From: a virus
Reading direction: 5' to 3' (one strand)
Length of the DNA: 64,000 bases
Virus record (IMG/VR): IMGVR_UViG_3300005253_000050
Span: 29,601 to 93,600 of that record
Part shown: positions 43,729 through 54,259 of the stretch, piece after piece
Position numbering within the stretch: position 1 is the first letter of the stretch
Layout: each line of letters opens with the position of its first letter
Program-made: the position numbers and the translations under genes
The notes under the pieces: generated by a model
The model's input: only the letters and a program-made list of their open reading frames with translations
What the model was told of the DNA's origin: nothing
Databases searched by the model: none

Positions 43729-44756
43729 CCCCCAGAGACCTCCGGACAGAGTGGCTCGGCACCGGCAGCGGCGTGCGCCTTCGCTGGAGGGTCGACCTGC
43801 TCGCTACGGCCATGCTCACCTGGACTCACGTCGAGGTGTTCTCCCGCGCCAACGAGGCGGCCCCGTGGGTGGCCACGGGTGCCCCTGTGCTGCTCGTGGC
43901 TGGGACGAACGAGTATTCCCTGGACCATGTAGCCGGGACCGAGACAACGCTCTACACGGTCGCCCTGTGGGTGGCTGGGCCGACGGTGGGGGACTACGCC
44001 TCCCAGGTGGTTGGCAGCGGCGGCGGCCGGTATGCCACCGTTCAGGATGTCAGAGACGAGGGCATCGCCGCCCCCGAGCATGACAACGCCAGGGTCCGCA
44101 AGATGATCCTCAAGGCCGAGGCCTGGCTCGAGCGCACCACCCGGCGGTTCTTCTACCCGCGGGAGCTCTCGCTTCGGTTCGGTGGCAACGGAAACAGGAT
44201 CCTCCCCATCCACGTCCCGCTGATCCAGATCGATTCTGTGGAGACTCTCTCCTCTGATTGGCCAACGGACCCATCGAACGACGTGGCGCTGGCCTCCGTC
44301 CAGGTCTACAACCGCCACCTCACGATGGGATTGGCATCAGACGACGACCGCGACAACCCAAGGCTCATTCTGGAGTCTGGATCCTACTGGCCCCCCGGGC
44401 GGCAGAACATTCAGCTGACCGGATGGTTCGGATACACCGAGCTTGCGCCCAACGAGGAGCCCGGGGAGACGTCCTCCGGATCCCAGGTCCCTCTGTCTCG
44501 AGGCGACACCCCGCCTGACATCAAAGAGGTCGCGATGCGTCTCACGATTCGTCGCCTACCACAGGCCGGCGATCCAGACGAGGAGGACTTCTGGACGCAG
44601 CGGCACCGGGTCTCGCGGTGGAAGACACGCGACCAGGAGATCCAGCTGCTATCGCCGAAGTCGGCCGGTGGGATCGTCGGGCAGTTCACCGGCGACCCGC
44701 TGATCGACAACATCGTGGCGCAGTTCTCGGCGCCGGCGACCGGGAGGATGGTCTGA
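43725..44756 (+). CDS. Head-tail connector/adaptor protein
   Basis: YATVQDVRDEG...KAEAWLERTTRRFF...GY...TPPDIKEVAMRL. Confidence 0.7.
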   Translation: MTPRDLRTEWLGTGSGVRLRWRVDLLATAMLTWTHVEVFSRANEAAPWVATGAPVLLVAGTNEYSLDHVAGTETTLYTVALWVAGPTVGDYASQVVGSGGGRYATVQDVRDEGIAAPEHDNARVRKMILKAEAWLERTTRRFFYPRELSLRFGGNGNRILPIHVPLIQIDSVETLSSDWPTDPSNDVALASVQVYNRHLTMGLASDDDRDNPRLILESGSYWPPGRQNIQLTGWFGYTELAPNEEPGETSSGSQVPLSRGDTPPDIKEVAMRLTIRRLPQAGDPDEEDFWTQRHRVSRWKTRDQEIQLLSPKSAGGIVGQFTGDPLIDNIVAQFSAPATGRMV

Positions 44757-45241
44757 TGAGAGGGCGCCTGGTCTTCCCCATGTTCGTCACGGTGGCCCCG
44801 CTCGACACCGCGGCGATTAAAACGGCCGACAACTACGACGAGGACTACCACACGACGAAGCTCGTCGACACCAACGCCGACGGCAAGGGCGAGCCGACCC
44901 GAGTGGAAGGGGATGAATTCGAGTTCAAGGCCCAGATCGAAAACGACATGGAGGAGCTCCAGCGGATGACGAAGAGCGGAGACGTGACAGACTCGGCCGT
45001 CGGGCTGGTGGTCCATCTCCGGGACATGGCTCGGCTGGGGCTCATCACTACCGCGCGCCCCCTCGGGGTGAAGAAGGCAGACCGGCTAGTGAAGCAGACG
45101 AACCGAAAGCGCGCGCTGGTGAAGGCCTACACGGCCCCGGAGTTGTTCTGCACTCACGCCAAGCACCTTGACGGGTACATCGGGCGCGAGGCGAACATGG
45201 CGCTTTTTGTCTTCGGCGAGCGCCCAGCGGGGCTTACATGA
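44756..45241 (+). CDS. Head closure/stopper-like protein
   Basis: Position and size; TGATG overlap. Confidence 0.6.
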   Translation: MRGRLVFPMFVTVAPLDTAAIKTADNYDEDYHTTKLVDTNADGKGEPTRVEGDEFEFKAQIENDMEELQRMTKSGDVTDSAVGLVVHLRDMARLGLITTARPLGVKKADRLVKQTNRKRALVKAYTAPELFCTHAKHLDGYIGREANMALFVFGERPAGLT

Positions 45242-45867
45242 CCGTCACCATCAACATCACCCTCAAGGGCAAGTGGTTCGACGCCACCGCGATTACAGCC
45301 AAGATGACAAAACGTGCGCCAAGGGCAATGGACATGGCGGTGCACGGGGCCGCGCTATCGTATCGCCGGCGCGTGGTGAAGGCGTTTGTTGCCCAGGGTG
45401 GTGGCGGGAAGAAATGGGACTCGCTTGGGATTATCACTCTCGCTCTCCGCAAGAACGCGGCCATGATCGGGAAGAGTGCGGCGGGCGGAACCAAGGCGCT
45501 GATCAGATCTGGGGACATGCGAAAGTCCGTGACGGTTCAGAGGGCCGGCAAGGCTCATTATTTTGTTGGGGTCCATAGGACTCACGGGAAGTACAACATC
45601 GCGCGCGTGCATGAGCAGCCCGGATCCAAGAGCGGGGTCTTCAAGATCAAGGTCTCGGACAAAATGCGCCGCTACTTTCTGTATTTGTACATCAAGGGCG
45701 CCATCCCAGCACCACTGAAGGCCACCACCACCCACGTCGTGGTCAAGCGCAGGTCCTTCCTGGAGTCCGTTTGGATGGCTGAGAAGGACGACATCGCCAA
45801 GGTCGCCGAGAAGCGATACTGGGCGGTGTTGACAACGGGCAAAGTGGGCGCCGGGAGAGTGCGCTAG
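45238..45867 (+). CDS. Neck/virion morphogenesis protein (gp10/gpG-like)
   Basis: KALIRSGDMRKS...IARVHE...RRSFL. Confidence 0.7.
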   Translation: MTVTINITLKGKWFDATAITAKMTKRAPRAMDMAVHGAALSYRRRVVKAFVAQGGGGKKWDSLGIITLALRKNAAMIGKSAAGGTKALIRSGDMRKSVTVQRAGKAHYFVGVHRTHGKYNIARVHEQPGSKSGVFKIKVSDKMRRYFLYLYIKGAIPAPLKATTTHVVVKRRSFLESVWMAEKDDIAKVAEKRYWAVLTTGKVGAGRVR

Positions 45868-46817
45868 TGGTCCCTTCGATCTACACCATCACCCCTGAGA
45901 CCAGCCTCGCCAGTGGGCGGGCTGTAGCGACGCTTACGGGCTGGGGATACAAGATCCCCGACGACCCTCCAGATGGCTACCTGGGCGACGACGTGACGCC
46001 TACCGTGGCCGTCCTGGTGAATGGCCGCGCGGCCGACGCCGTCGCGGTCTTGAGCGACACCGAGATCCAATTCCTTGTGCCCGAGTACCTCGGGCCGCCG
46101 GCAACCATGGATACAGCGGTCGATGTGGTGGTGAAGAACCTTGACGACGATGGGGATCCGATCGCGCTCGAGGAGGCGACGCTCGAAGGTGGATTCACTT
46201 ACAAACATCCCGACCTGACGGCCCCCTCGAACATCGAGTGGATCACCAGGTGCTTCCTGCGGATGCTCCGGCGAAACATCGTCGACAACGTCGGGATCAG
46301 CGCCTCGCCGGACTACTCCGACGCGGCGGCTACACAGGTCACCTTCGTGAGCGGGCTCCCTGCGGTGACGCTGGCCGGCCCAGACGTGATAGAAAACAAG
46401 GTCCTACGAGATAATGAGACCCGAGTCGAGGACGACGGACTCACGGGAAAGACCCGTAAAAACGCACCATATACAGCGGATGTCCTTTACGATATCATGT
46501 TGATAGGACGGGACAAGATCGAGTCCCAAAACCTCATGGAGGCAGCGGTTCGCTACTTCCAGAGGCGGCCGATCTTTGTTTTTCAGGCTGGCCCGTCGGA
46601 TCCAACCGAGATTGAGTGCCAGCTGTTTGTCGAAGGAACCTGGGCGCCGGCGGACAATGAGCAAGACCAGACATACACATATTCGAACAAGATCCGGCTC
46701 CAGGGGATCTGGATCGACGATTCGTCTGGACTGGCCGCCGCCGGATTACCGGCGCCCGATCAATTCTTTACCGATACATACGAGACCGAAGAACTGAGCA
46801 CAGAAGACATCGGCTGA
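45867..46817 (+). CDS. Tail completion/terminator-like protein with N-terminal IPT/TIG domain
   Basis: PSIYTITPETS..SG...TLTG...GGFTY; lies immediately before the sheath gene. Confidence 0.65.
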   Translation: MVPSIYTITPETSLASGRAVATLTGWGYKIPDDPPDGYLGDDVTPTVAVLVNGRAADAVAVLSDTEIQFLVPEYLGPPATMDTAVDVVVKNLDDDGDPIALEEATLEGGFTYKHPDLTAPSNIEWITRCFLRMLRRNIVDNVGISASPDYSDAAATQVTFVSGLPAVTLAGPDVIENKVLRDNETRVEDDGLTGKTRKNAPYTADVLYDIMLIGRDKIESQNLMEAAVRYFQRRPIFVFQAGPSDPTEIECQLFVEGTWAPADNEQDQTYTYSNKIRLQGIWIDDSSGLAAAGLPAPDQFFTDTYETEELSTEDIG

Positions 46818-46864
46818 TCCCCACTGGGGACTGAGCCTAAGGCAAGCTGTAAGAGGAGAACCCC

Positions 46865-49072
46865 ATGACCGATTTTCTGGCGTCAGATGTAATCATCGAC
46901 GAAAAGCCCCCGGCAGCGATCACTGCCCCAACGCTAGCCACGGCGGTCGTCGGCATGGTTGGAGTCACCGAGCGCGGCCCGTATGGGGCGACGCTCGTCA
47001 CCAGCTGGGACGAGTACCTGGAAAAGTTCGGCGGGTTCACGGCGAACACGGATCTCACGATCGCCGCGTACTTCTTCTTCAAAAACTGCGGCCGTGGCTT
47101 CCTGTGGATCTCCAGGACTTGCCACTACACGGATCCGGCTGACGCGAGTTCCAAGACCTCCGCAGCGGCCTCCAAGGCGATCACTACCACGGGCGCGGCG
47201 ACCCAGGGGTCTGTGCAGTCCGGGAACACAGAGACGTTCGATCTGGTTCCTGGTGATACCCTCGAGCTGAAGGTGGACGGCGCCGGCGCGCAGACCGCGA
47301 CCTTCGATGCGGCGGCCGCTTCTCGTTCCGGGGGCACCGGATCCTATCCCACTGGCTGGGGCGGCGGCGAGACCCTGCTGCTGAAAATCGATGGTGGGAT
47401 TGTCCAGACCATCACTTTTTCGGCTGCGGCCAGCTTGGTCGGAGATGTGATCGACGAAATCAACGCCCAGCTCGTCGGTGGTTTCGCCGATGAAGACGGT
47501 GGAGAGGTGCGGATCACCTCCGACCGGAAGGGCACCGGATCCTATGTGGAGATCACGGGCGGAACCGGCCGGGCCGACATCGACATGGACGTCGGAGTCA
47601 CGCAGGGAACCGGAGACGTGTCGAACATCGACGCGGTGACCGCGGCCGAGGCCAAGACGATCATCGAGGCCGACACCACCGCCACAGTCACGCTCGACGC
47701 TGGCGGGGAGATCACGATCAAAACCCCGACCGTCGGCGCCGGCGGGAGCATCCAGGTGGATGCGAGCTCCACGGCCGATGACGCGGCGAAGTTCGATCTC
47801 GACAACAGCGTGCACGCTGGATCCGCTGCGGGCCCGGGCACCACCGGCACCGCCACCGCGTACAGCGACGGCGCGTGGGCCAACAGCGCGGTCGTCAGGA
47901 TCGCGGCCGCGACAAGCGGGGACTCCGACGAGTTCAACCTGCAGGTGCTCGAGGGCGGCGTGGTGAAGGAGACCTTCTATTCCCTTTCCACCGTCGTGGC
48001 GAACACGAACTACTGGCTGACCGTGGTCAACCACCTGCAGACCGGATCGATCCGAATCATCCTCAGCGACGCCCTCACCGGCGTCCCACCGAACAACCGC
48101 CCCACGAACGGGGACTACGCCCTCACCGGAGGCAGCGACGGCCTGGCGGGAATCATCGACGCGGACTACCAGGGCGACACCGTGGGCAAGACCGGGATCT
48201 ACGCTCTGGACGTGGTCGACGACCTGACCATCCTCGCCGTCCCCGGCAGAGCCACCTCGAACGTCCACAACGAGATGGTCACCTACTCCCAGACCACCCG
48301 CGCCGGCCAGGTGTTCGCCATCCTGGATCCGCCCGCCGCCCAGACGGCGCTGCAGATTCGTACCTACGTGCGGACCACGGCGAGCCTCTACGGCTTGTCG
48401 GAGCACGCCGCCATCTACTGGCCGCAGGTCAACATCCAGAACCCGGCGCCGACCGTCTACACGAGCGACGCCGACGGCAACATCACTGTCGCCCCGAGCG
48501 GCGCCATCGCCGGAGTCTACGTCCGCACCGACCGGGACGTCGAAGGCGGCGTCCACAAGGCCCCCTCCGGCACCGTTCGCGGGAAGCTCATCGGAGTGAA
48601 CAAGTTCGAGACCGATACGGTGCTCGACAAGACGACTCGGGACATCGTGTTCCCGAGCAACATCAACCCGCTGACCACCTGGTCGGGGGCATCCCCGCAC
48701 ATCGACGGCCCGAAGTGCCTCAAGACCGACGGGCTGTTCGCTAGCGTCGGGGAGCGGCGGGGCATGAGCCACATCGAGCGGCTGATCAAGCTCACCGTTC
48801 GGAACAACGTCCACGACGACAACACCCCGGAGCTGCGCGACCTGCTCACCCGCACGTGTCGGGGCATCCTGAAGGCCGAGATGGACGTGGGCGCGTTCAA
48901 AACCAAGATCCCGGCGACGGCGTTCTTCGTGGACTTCGGGGACGCGCTCAACACCGCGGACGTCATCGCGGCCAACAAGCTCAAGGGCAAGATCGGCGTC
49001 AACAAAGCCAAGCCCGTCTACTGGATCATCATCGAGATCAGTGAGGATCTCGAGCTGGCTGCGGCGGCATAA
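46865..49072 (+). CDS. Contractile tail sheath protein
   Basis: GMVGVTERGP...SWDEY..FGG; LAVPG; AILDPP; AIYWP; APSGAIAG; GVHKAP; INPL. Confidence 0.95.
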   Translation: MTDFLASDVIIDEKPPAAITAPTLATAVVGMVGVTERGPYGATLVTSWDEYLEKFGGFTANTDLTIAAYFFFKNCGRGFLWISRTCHYTDPADASSKTSAAASKAITTTGAATQGSVQSGNTETFDLVPGDTLELKVDGAGAQTATFDAAAASRSGGTGSYPTGWGGGETLLLKIDGGIVQTITFSAAASLVGDVIDEINAQLVGGFADEDGGEVRITSDRKGTGSYVEITGGTGRADIDMDVGVTQGTGDVSNIDAVTAAEAKTIIEADTTATVTLDAGGEITIKTPTVGAGGSIQVDASSTADDAAKFDLDNSVHAGSAAGPGTTGTATAYSDGAWANSAVVRIAAATSGDSDEFNLQVLEGGVVKETFYSLSTVVANTNYWLTVVNHLQTGSIRIILSDALTGVPPNNRPTNGDYALTGGSDGLAGIIDADYQGDTVGKTGIYALDVVDDLTILAVPGRATSNVHNEMVTYSQTTRAGQVFAILDPPAAQTALQIRTYVRTTASLYGLSEHAAIYWPQVNIQNPAPTVYTSDADGNITVAPSGAIAGVYVRTDRDVEGGVHKAPSGTVRGKLIGVNKFETDTVLDKTTRDIVFPSNINPLTTWSGASPHIDGPKCLKTDGLFASVGERRGMSHIERLIKLTVRNNVHDDNTPELRDLLTRTCRGILKAEMDVGAFKTKIPATAFFVDFGDALNTADVIAANKLKGKIGVNKAKPVYWIIIEISEDLELAAAA

Positions 49073-49083
49073 GGAGACATCTC

Positions 49084-49542
49084 ATGGCAGTACAGGGAGC
49101 AGTCAGAACGGTCGAGCTCAAGCACAAATTCCGCTTGCGGCTTGACAACATTACCCGCGCCAGCTGGTCAAAGATGGGCGAGCTGAAAAAGACCATCGCC
49201 GTGATCGAGACTTGGGAGGGCGGATCGAACACTTCCACCAAGACCCCCGGCCGCACCACGGTCGAGCCGGTCGAGCTCACCCGCGTCGCCGGGATGGACG
49301 AGGAGCTGTACACTCAGTTCAAGAAGGCGTCCAACGTGCAGAACGATGCCGGCGAGGTGTCGGACGAGTACAAGATGAACGGCACCATCGAGCAGCTCGG
49401 GCTCGACAACTCTGTGGTCAAGAAGTGGGAAGTCAGAGGGTGCTGGTTCAGCGACTTCAGCACCGGCGAGTGGGACAACGAGGCCGACGAGGGTCGCGCC
49501 CAGGTTGTCACCATGCAGCTGGACGACTGGGACCTGCTCTAG
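49084..49542 (+). CDS. Tail tube protein (T4 gp19-like)
   Basis: EGG....K.PG.....VELTR; directly after the sheath gene. Confidence 0.88.
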   Translation: MAVQGAVRTVELKHKFRLRLDNITRASWSKMGELKKTIAVIETWEGGSNTSTKTPGRTTVEPVELTRVAGMDEELYTQFKKASNVQNDAGEVSDEYKMNGTIEQLGLDNSVVKKWEVRGCWFSDFSTGEWDNEADEGRAQVVTMQLDDWDLL

Positions 49543-49595
49543 AGAGATGACCCAACTTTTAATTTTAAGGCGCCAATTGCGCCGGGAGCAACCGC

Positions 49596-50450
49596 ATGAA
49601 CACCATCGAAGTCCCATGCCCCTCGGGCATGATCCTGGAGGGCCGAGCGTTCGAGACTGAGGACCTGAAGGTCTTCAACGATAAGCAGCTCTCCAAGCAA
49701 TCTGTCATCACCGGAGAGGCCGCGCTCGCCAATCGATTGGTAGTCCGCGTGGTCGACCGCGGGCCGTACCTGTTCGACGGAACCAAGCCGCCATGGGGAG
49801 AGAATGTCCTGTACGGGGATCTGTTTCTCTTCCTCGTACGATCTCGTGCCTTTGTCCGCGGTGAAAACTACGACTACGACATCCAGTGTCCTGCGACTGG
49901 TTGCCGGAAGATGATTCCCTGGGGGCTTCCGCTCGACAAGATGCCGGTGCAGATGCTGTGCGACGAATCCAAGGAGATGCTTCGCAACAACGAGAATCGA
50001 TGCTCCGTGCACCTGACCGAGTGCGACACGACCGTATATTTCCAGCTCCTCGACGGGAAGGTTCACAAGCGCCAGCGGAGATACACGGCGGACTTCACCG
50101 ATGACATCCACGTGGTCTACGCGGCGCGGCTGGTAGAGGTTGAGGGCGAAGCCCCATCCGACGAAGCCTTCGTCCGTTTCGTAGCCAAGCTCTCTCCTAA
50201 TGATTTCGACCAACTCGAGGACGCGATGGAGGACGCGGACTGCGGGATGGATTCGGCGTTCGACGTCCAGTGCAACGAATGCGAAACCATCTTTGCTGAT
50301 GACCTGGGGATTTCGCCGGGTTTTTTCATCGAAAGCTTCTCGAGGCGGCGGAAGCGGAAGCGTCGGGAGAAGTGGACCGCCCGGAAGAAGGTCTCCCACG
50401 CTGGTGCGAGTTCTTCGGGTTCGACGGATTCGCCGGAGACGGCTTCCTAA
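49596..50450 (+). CDS. Tail assembly chaperone-like protein
   Basis: Between tube and tape measure genes; CP..GC and CNEC motifs; slippery site near the 3' end. Confidence 0.7.
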   Translation: MNTIEVPCPSGMILEGRAFETEDLKVFNDKQLSKQSVITGEAALANRLVVRVVDRGPYLFDGTKPPWGENVLYGDLFLFLVRSRAFVRGENYDYDIQCPATGCRKMIPWGLPLDKMPVQMLCDESKEMLRNNENRCSVHLTECDTTVYFQLLDGKVHKRQRRYTADFTDDIHVVYAARLVEVEGEAPSDEAFVRFVAKLSPNDFDQLEDAMEDADCGMDSAFDVQCNECETIFADDLGISPGFFIESFSRRRKRKRREKWTARKKVSHAGASSSGSTDSPETAS

Positions 50451-50596
50451 ACGCCAAGGAGGTGCTGATGCAGCAAATTCCAGGCACATTTTCGATGTCC
50501 TGGTCTGAAATTCAGCGCCTTGATCTCCACACGTTCGAGCGTCTGCTCTCGGACAAGGTCAAGATGATCAAACAGATCACCAAGGGGAACCGGTAG
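50318..50596 (+). CDS. -1 frameshift extension of the tail chaperone (G/T-type)
   Basis: GGGTTTTTTC at 50318-50327 is in phase; the -1 frame is open to TAG 50596 and encodes MSWSEIQRLDL. Confidence 0.7.
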   Translation, partial: GFFHRKLLEAAEAEASGEVDRPEEGLPRWCEFFGFDGFAGDGFLNAKEVLMQQIPGTFSMSWSEIQRLDLHTFERLLSDKVKMIKQITKGNR

Positions 50597-53356
50597 ATGG
50601 CTCTAAGCGGCATGGGTCTCGGTTTCGAGTTCTTCGCACGGGACCGGAACGCTACGTCGACCATGCGGAAGATCCGCAAGGAGACGAAGAAGACATCTGA
50701 GTCCGTCCAGGAGCTAGAGCGCAAACAGAAGGCATCCGCCCAGCAGTCGGCCCGCCGGGGCGCCGCGATGGTGGCTGGTGGGGTTGGGGTCCTGGCGGTC
50801 GTGAACAAGGCGACCAAGGCGTTCGGAGAGTTCGAGTTCGTTCTTGCCTCTGCTGCGGGCAAGATGGTCGACGGGACTGAGAACCTCAAGGCACTCCGAA
50901 AGGCCGCGCTCGAGGCAGGAAAACTCACCCAGTTTGATCCACAGGAGGCAGCCCAAGGGCTGGCCGAACTTGGCTCCCAGGGACTATCAGCCAAGGAGTC
51001 CATCAAGGCACTTCGACCTGTCCTAGATCTCGCTGCAGCGTCGATGGGTCAACTCGGAGTAGGTGACGCAGCGACGGTCGCCATGGCCGCCCTGAATGCC
51101 TTCGGTAAGACCGTCGATGATCTGCCTGACGTCGTCGACAAGCTCACTGTGGTTAGCGACTCAAGTGCCTTTCAGATGCGGGACTTCCAGGTCGCGATCT
51201 CCCAGGCGTCAGCCCAAGCAAAGGCCGCCGATCAGTCGTTCGAGTCCATGCTGTCGATGCTTGGTCTACTAAAGGACGCTGGCAACGAGGCATCCTCCGC
51301 TGCAACATCATACCGCGAGTCCCTCCGTCGCGTGGCTGGCGACAAGAGATCCATCAAGGCAATGAAGGATCTCGGGGTCAGCTCGGTTGACTCCAAGGGT
51401 CAGATGAAAGACCTCGCCGACATCGTCGCGGAACTGCATCCAAGACTTGGCAAGCTCGGCGTCCAGCAGCGCAACCTCGCACTAAAGACCATCTTCGGCG
51501 TCCGAGGGATGAAGACGTACAACGCTCTCATCGCGTCTTATGAGAAGCAACTCAAGAAGGGTGTAGCAACGGCCGGGGATTACACGAAGGGCCACCAGAT
51601 TCTGATGGATCGCCTTGGCACCGCCCACGGCGCGGCAGCGAAGAAAATAGACATCGCGCTGAAAACAGTGGGCGGCCAGTACAAGCTCATGGGTGGATCG
51701 TGGAAGACGGTTGTGATCCAGTTCGGTAGTGTGTTTGCCAAGCAGATGCTGCCTATTTTAAAGGCGCTGACTGCGGCCATGAACTGGGTAGTGAAGGCGA
51801 TCGACGAAATGTCGCCCACTATGAAGACGGCCGCTGGTTTTACGGTCGTCTTCGGCGCGGCCCTGGTCACTATCATTGGTGCGCTCAAGGTGCTCCGAGG
51901 CTTGATGCTGATGATGTCCATCGGCCGCCTGGCCGGCCGCTTCGTTGCGGGCCAGACGGCCATGGCCACGTCAACTACTGCGACCACCGCCGCGGTAACA
52001 GCCCAAAATACAGCGATGGCCACGTCAACGACGCGCATGGGACGGTTCGCTGCCGGCGCAAAAAACATAGCAGGGACCGCGGCAGCAAATGCGGGAATGC
52101 TTACTTTGGCCGCAGCAGCAGCCGTCGGGTTTGGGGCAGCAATAAGCGATGCGCTGATTACAAATGTGGCAGGTGCATCGGACAGGCTTCAGACGGCCGA
52201 AGATAAACTGGTGAGATTTAGACTCTCTTACCGGCACTTCAATCGCACCATCCGCCGCAGCTCTGACTTTATGAGTACCTTCAATAAGAAACTGCGAAAC
52301 CAAACAGGTCTAATGGTGAAAGCGGCATCCGTGAGCACCAAGGCCGCGGAAAAAGCCACTTTCAAAATAACCTCAACAATTGGACGGCTTTCACTTGACC
52401 GAAAAAAGGCGATGATAGGGCTGATCAGTGCCGTGAACAAGAGTGACATCAAGGCAGCTACCAAATTCCGCAAAACAATCTTCGAGACCGAGAGCAAAAT
52501 ATCAGCTCTTACGTTGGGAAAGATCCACATTCAGGCAGCGCAGTACAAACGAGGGATTCGGCACGTAAAAGACCAGGCCACCTTTGAACACCGGATGAAA
52601 ACAATCCTGTTGTCCGACGTTATGAAGCAGCAGAAGGTGGAAACCAAGTTTGCAGAAAAACGAAAATCCCTAGAGGCTGGGATAGCGGCAATCAAAGATC
52701 CAGTCGAGCAGAAAAGAGTACAATCGAAGGCGACCGCTGTCTGGAAAAAACAGCAAGCACAGATTGATGCCGGCAGGAAAAAAATCACCGACTTCGCGCG
52801 CCGGGGCGGAGCACTTCCAAAGGGTCCATCTTCTCCAGCCGACTGGAGCAAGGTGGTGAACCAAGCCTCAAAAACAGTGAGTGGGACTGCTGCCGCTGGA
52901 GACCGCCTAAGACTCAGCCTGAGGCAGATCCAGATAGGATACAAGGGCGGCGCGATACCAAACGCCACCCCTCGCCGCGTCGGCGCGTTTGGAGAGATTC
53001 ACGAGGCGGCATGGCGTTCCTATGGCAAGGGTGGTCAGTACGCATCTGGCCAACGATCAAACTATGAAGCGGCACTAAAGGCCGGGACGGCGCCTGCTTT
53101 AAAGCGGCAGCCCATCGGAGCCACTCGTGGTGGATACCAGGACCTACAGGACTGGGCGTCAAAATGGACCGGTGGCTTGATAGAGTCTGAAAAACATGAC
53201 CTCACAGATGCAATCCGGGATGCGTACAAAGAGGCCAAGGTCCAGCTCGACATCACCATCAACCCCGGGGACAACGAAGCAACCGTGAAGACCAAGACTA
53301 CCGCCCGTGGTGGCGGCCGGTTCAAGCCCACGGTTCGCTCATCGGGTGGGAAATGA
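50597..53356 (+). CDS. Tail tape measure protein (TP901-type core)
   Basis: LRKAALEAG..TQF...EAAQGL..L...G; Ala-rich; hydrophobic segments. Confidence 0.92.
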   Translation: MALSGMGLGFEFFARDRNATSTMRKIRKETKKTSESVQELERKQKASAQQSARRGAAMVAGGVGVLAVVNKATKAFGEFEFVLASAAGKMVDGTENLKALRKAALEAGKLTQFDPQEAAQGLAELGSQGLSAKESIKALRPVLDLAAASMGQLGVGDAATVAMAALNAFGKTVDDLPDVVDKLTVVSDSSAFQMRDFQVAISQASAQAKAADQSFESMLSMLGLLKDAGNEASSAATSYRESLRRVAGDKRSIKAMKDLGVSSVDSKGQMKDLADIVAELHPRLGKLGVQQRNLALKTIFGVRGMKTYNALIASYEKQLKKGVATAGDYTKGHQILMDRLGTAHGAAAKKIDIALKTVGGQYKLMGGSWKTVVIQFGSVFAKQMLPILKALTAAMNWVVKAIDEMSPTMKTAAGFTVVFGAALVTIIGALKVLRGLMLMMSIGRLAGRFVAGQTAMATSTTATTAAVTAQNTAMATSTTRMGRFAAGAKNIAGTAAANAGMLTLAAAAAVGFGAAISDALITNVAGASDRLQTAEDKLVRFRLSYRHFNRTIRRSSDFMSTFNKKLRNQTGLMVKAASVSTKAAEKATFKITSTIGRLSLDRKKAMIGLISAVNKSDIKAATKFRKTIFETESKISALTLGKIHIQAAQYKRGIRHVKDQATFEHRMKTILLSDVMKQQKVETKFAEKRKSLEAGIAAIKDPVEQKRVQSKATAVWKKQQAQIDAGRKKITDFARRGGALPKGPSSPADWSKVVNQASKTVSGTAAAGDRLRLSLRQIQIGYKGGAIPNATPRRVGAFGEIHEAAWRSYGKGGQYASGQRSNYEAALKAGTAPALKRQPIGATRGGYQDLQDWASKWTGGLIESEKHDLTDAIRDAYKEAKVQLDITINPGDNEATVKTKTTARGGGRFKPTVRSSGGK

Positions 53357-53916
53357 GCTTCGCGAGCGGACCCAAGGTGCGCGGAGCACTGATCAACGAG
53401 GACACCGGCGAGGCGCAGGGTTTCATGTTCAACCCTCGCCAGCTCGTGGCTTCGATCCAGGTCAACTGGGACAAGGCCCCTGGCATCGGCGCCAGCTTTG
53501 AGCGCCTCGGATACAGGAACACCTCAAATCCAGAGTTCAACCTGACTCTGCTCCACAACCTGACGGCGTGGATCGCCCGCACTCGAAAACCAGGAGAGAC
53601 AATTAACGCCACCAGCGCGGCAGAAATCCGCACTGAATTCGAGCGCCATCGGAATTTCCTGATCGCCCTGTGCTACCCGAGAGGTCGATGGAACGACGTG
53701 CTCCGTCGGTCGCCCCCCACAGCTCTGCTGATGTGGCCCGGGTATCTTGCCATCCGAGTGGTGATCAATTCGCTGCAGCTCACTGACAAGGATTTCAACG
53801 AGAAATCCAAGCCGATTGTGTTCGAGGCCGCGTGCGTTTTCCAGGAGCACAGGATCTACAGGCTCACGTCTGCGGACGCGTATCGCAAAGGCTTCATGCG
53901 AGCGGAGCAGGGATGA
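53353..53916 (+). CDS. Tube-initiator/baseplate protein
   Basis: FMFNP...SPP..L.W motif; position after the tape measure gene. Confidence 0.7.
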   Translation: MSFASGPKVRGALINEDTGEAQGFMFNPRQLVASIQVNWDKAPGIGASFERLGYRNTSNPEFNLTLLHNLTAWIARTRKPGETINATSAAEIRTEFERHRNFLIALCYPRGRWNDVLRRSPPTALLMWPGYLAIRVVINSLQLTDKDFNEKSKPIVFEAACVFQEHRIYRLTSADAYRKGFMRAEQG

Positions 53917-53917
53917 C

Positions 53918-54259
53918 ATGCAAAGAATCCCTGAATCCAGATACTACACCGCCGAGCCCTACACGGCTTGGAACGGCACAATTTTGCTCTCCGAGTATGA
54001 GCCGTTTCGTTACGTCGACCGCGACGACAACATCGTTCACGCTGCCACCGAAGGGGATTCCTGGTTCACCCTGGCGCAGATGTACTACTGGATGATCTCG
54101 ATCCGGGCGGCCGGGCTGTATTGGATCGGCTGCGACTTCCAGCCAGTTCCGGTGGTGGACCCAACGCTTGCAATCCAAGGCGGGACAACGATCATCCTCC
54201 CGAGTGCGGCCGTCGTCCGCAGTGAAATCCTCGGGCTCCGGCCGGAGGTCTTCGTGTGA
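53918..54259 (+). CDS. LysM-like/tail protein X
   Basis: H...EGDSWFTLA..YY...YWI.CDF....DP...G..I.LPS. Confidence 0.7.
   Translation: MQRIPESRYYTAEPYTAWNGTILLSEYEPFRYVDRDDNIVHAATEGDSWFTLAQMYYWMISIRAAGLYWIGCDFQPVPVVDPTLAIQGGTTIILPSAAVVRSEILGLRPEVFV

Noticed and set aside
46934-48814. Long antisense ORFs (also 7071-8297, 22529-23839, 34928-36220, 61138-62562)
   Set aside because: Shadow frames of GC-rich, codon-biased + strand genes; no RBS or recognisable motifs.
51960-52030. TAMATSTT duplication in the tape measure gene
   Set aside because: Ordinary short repeat for a tape measure protein.
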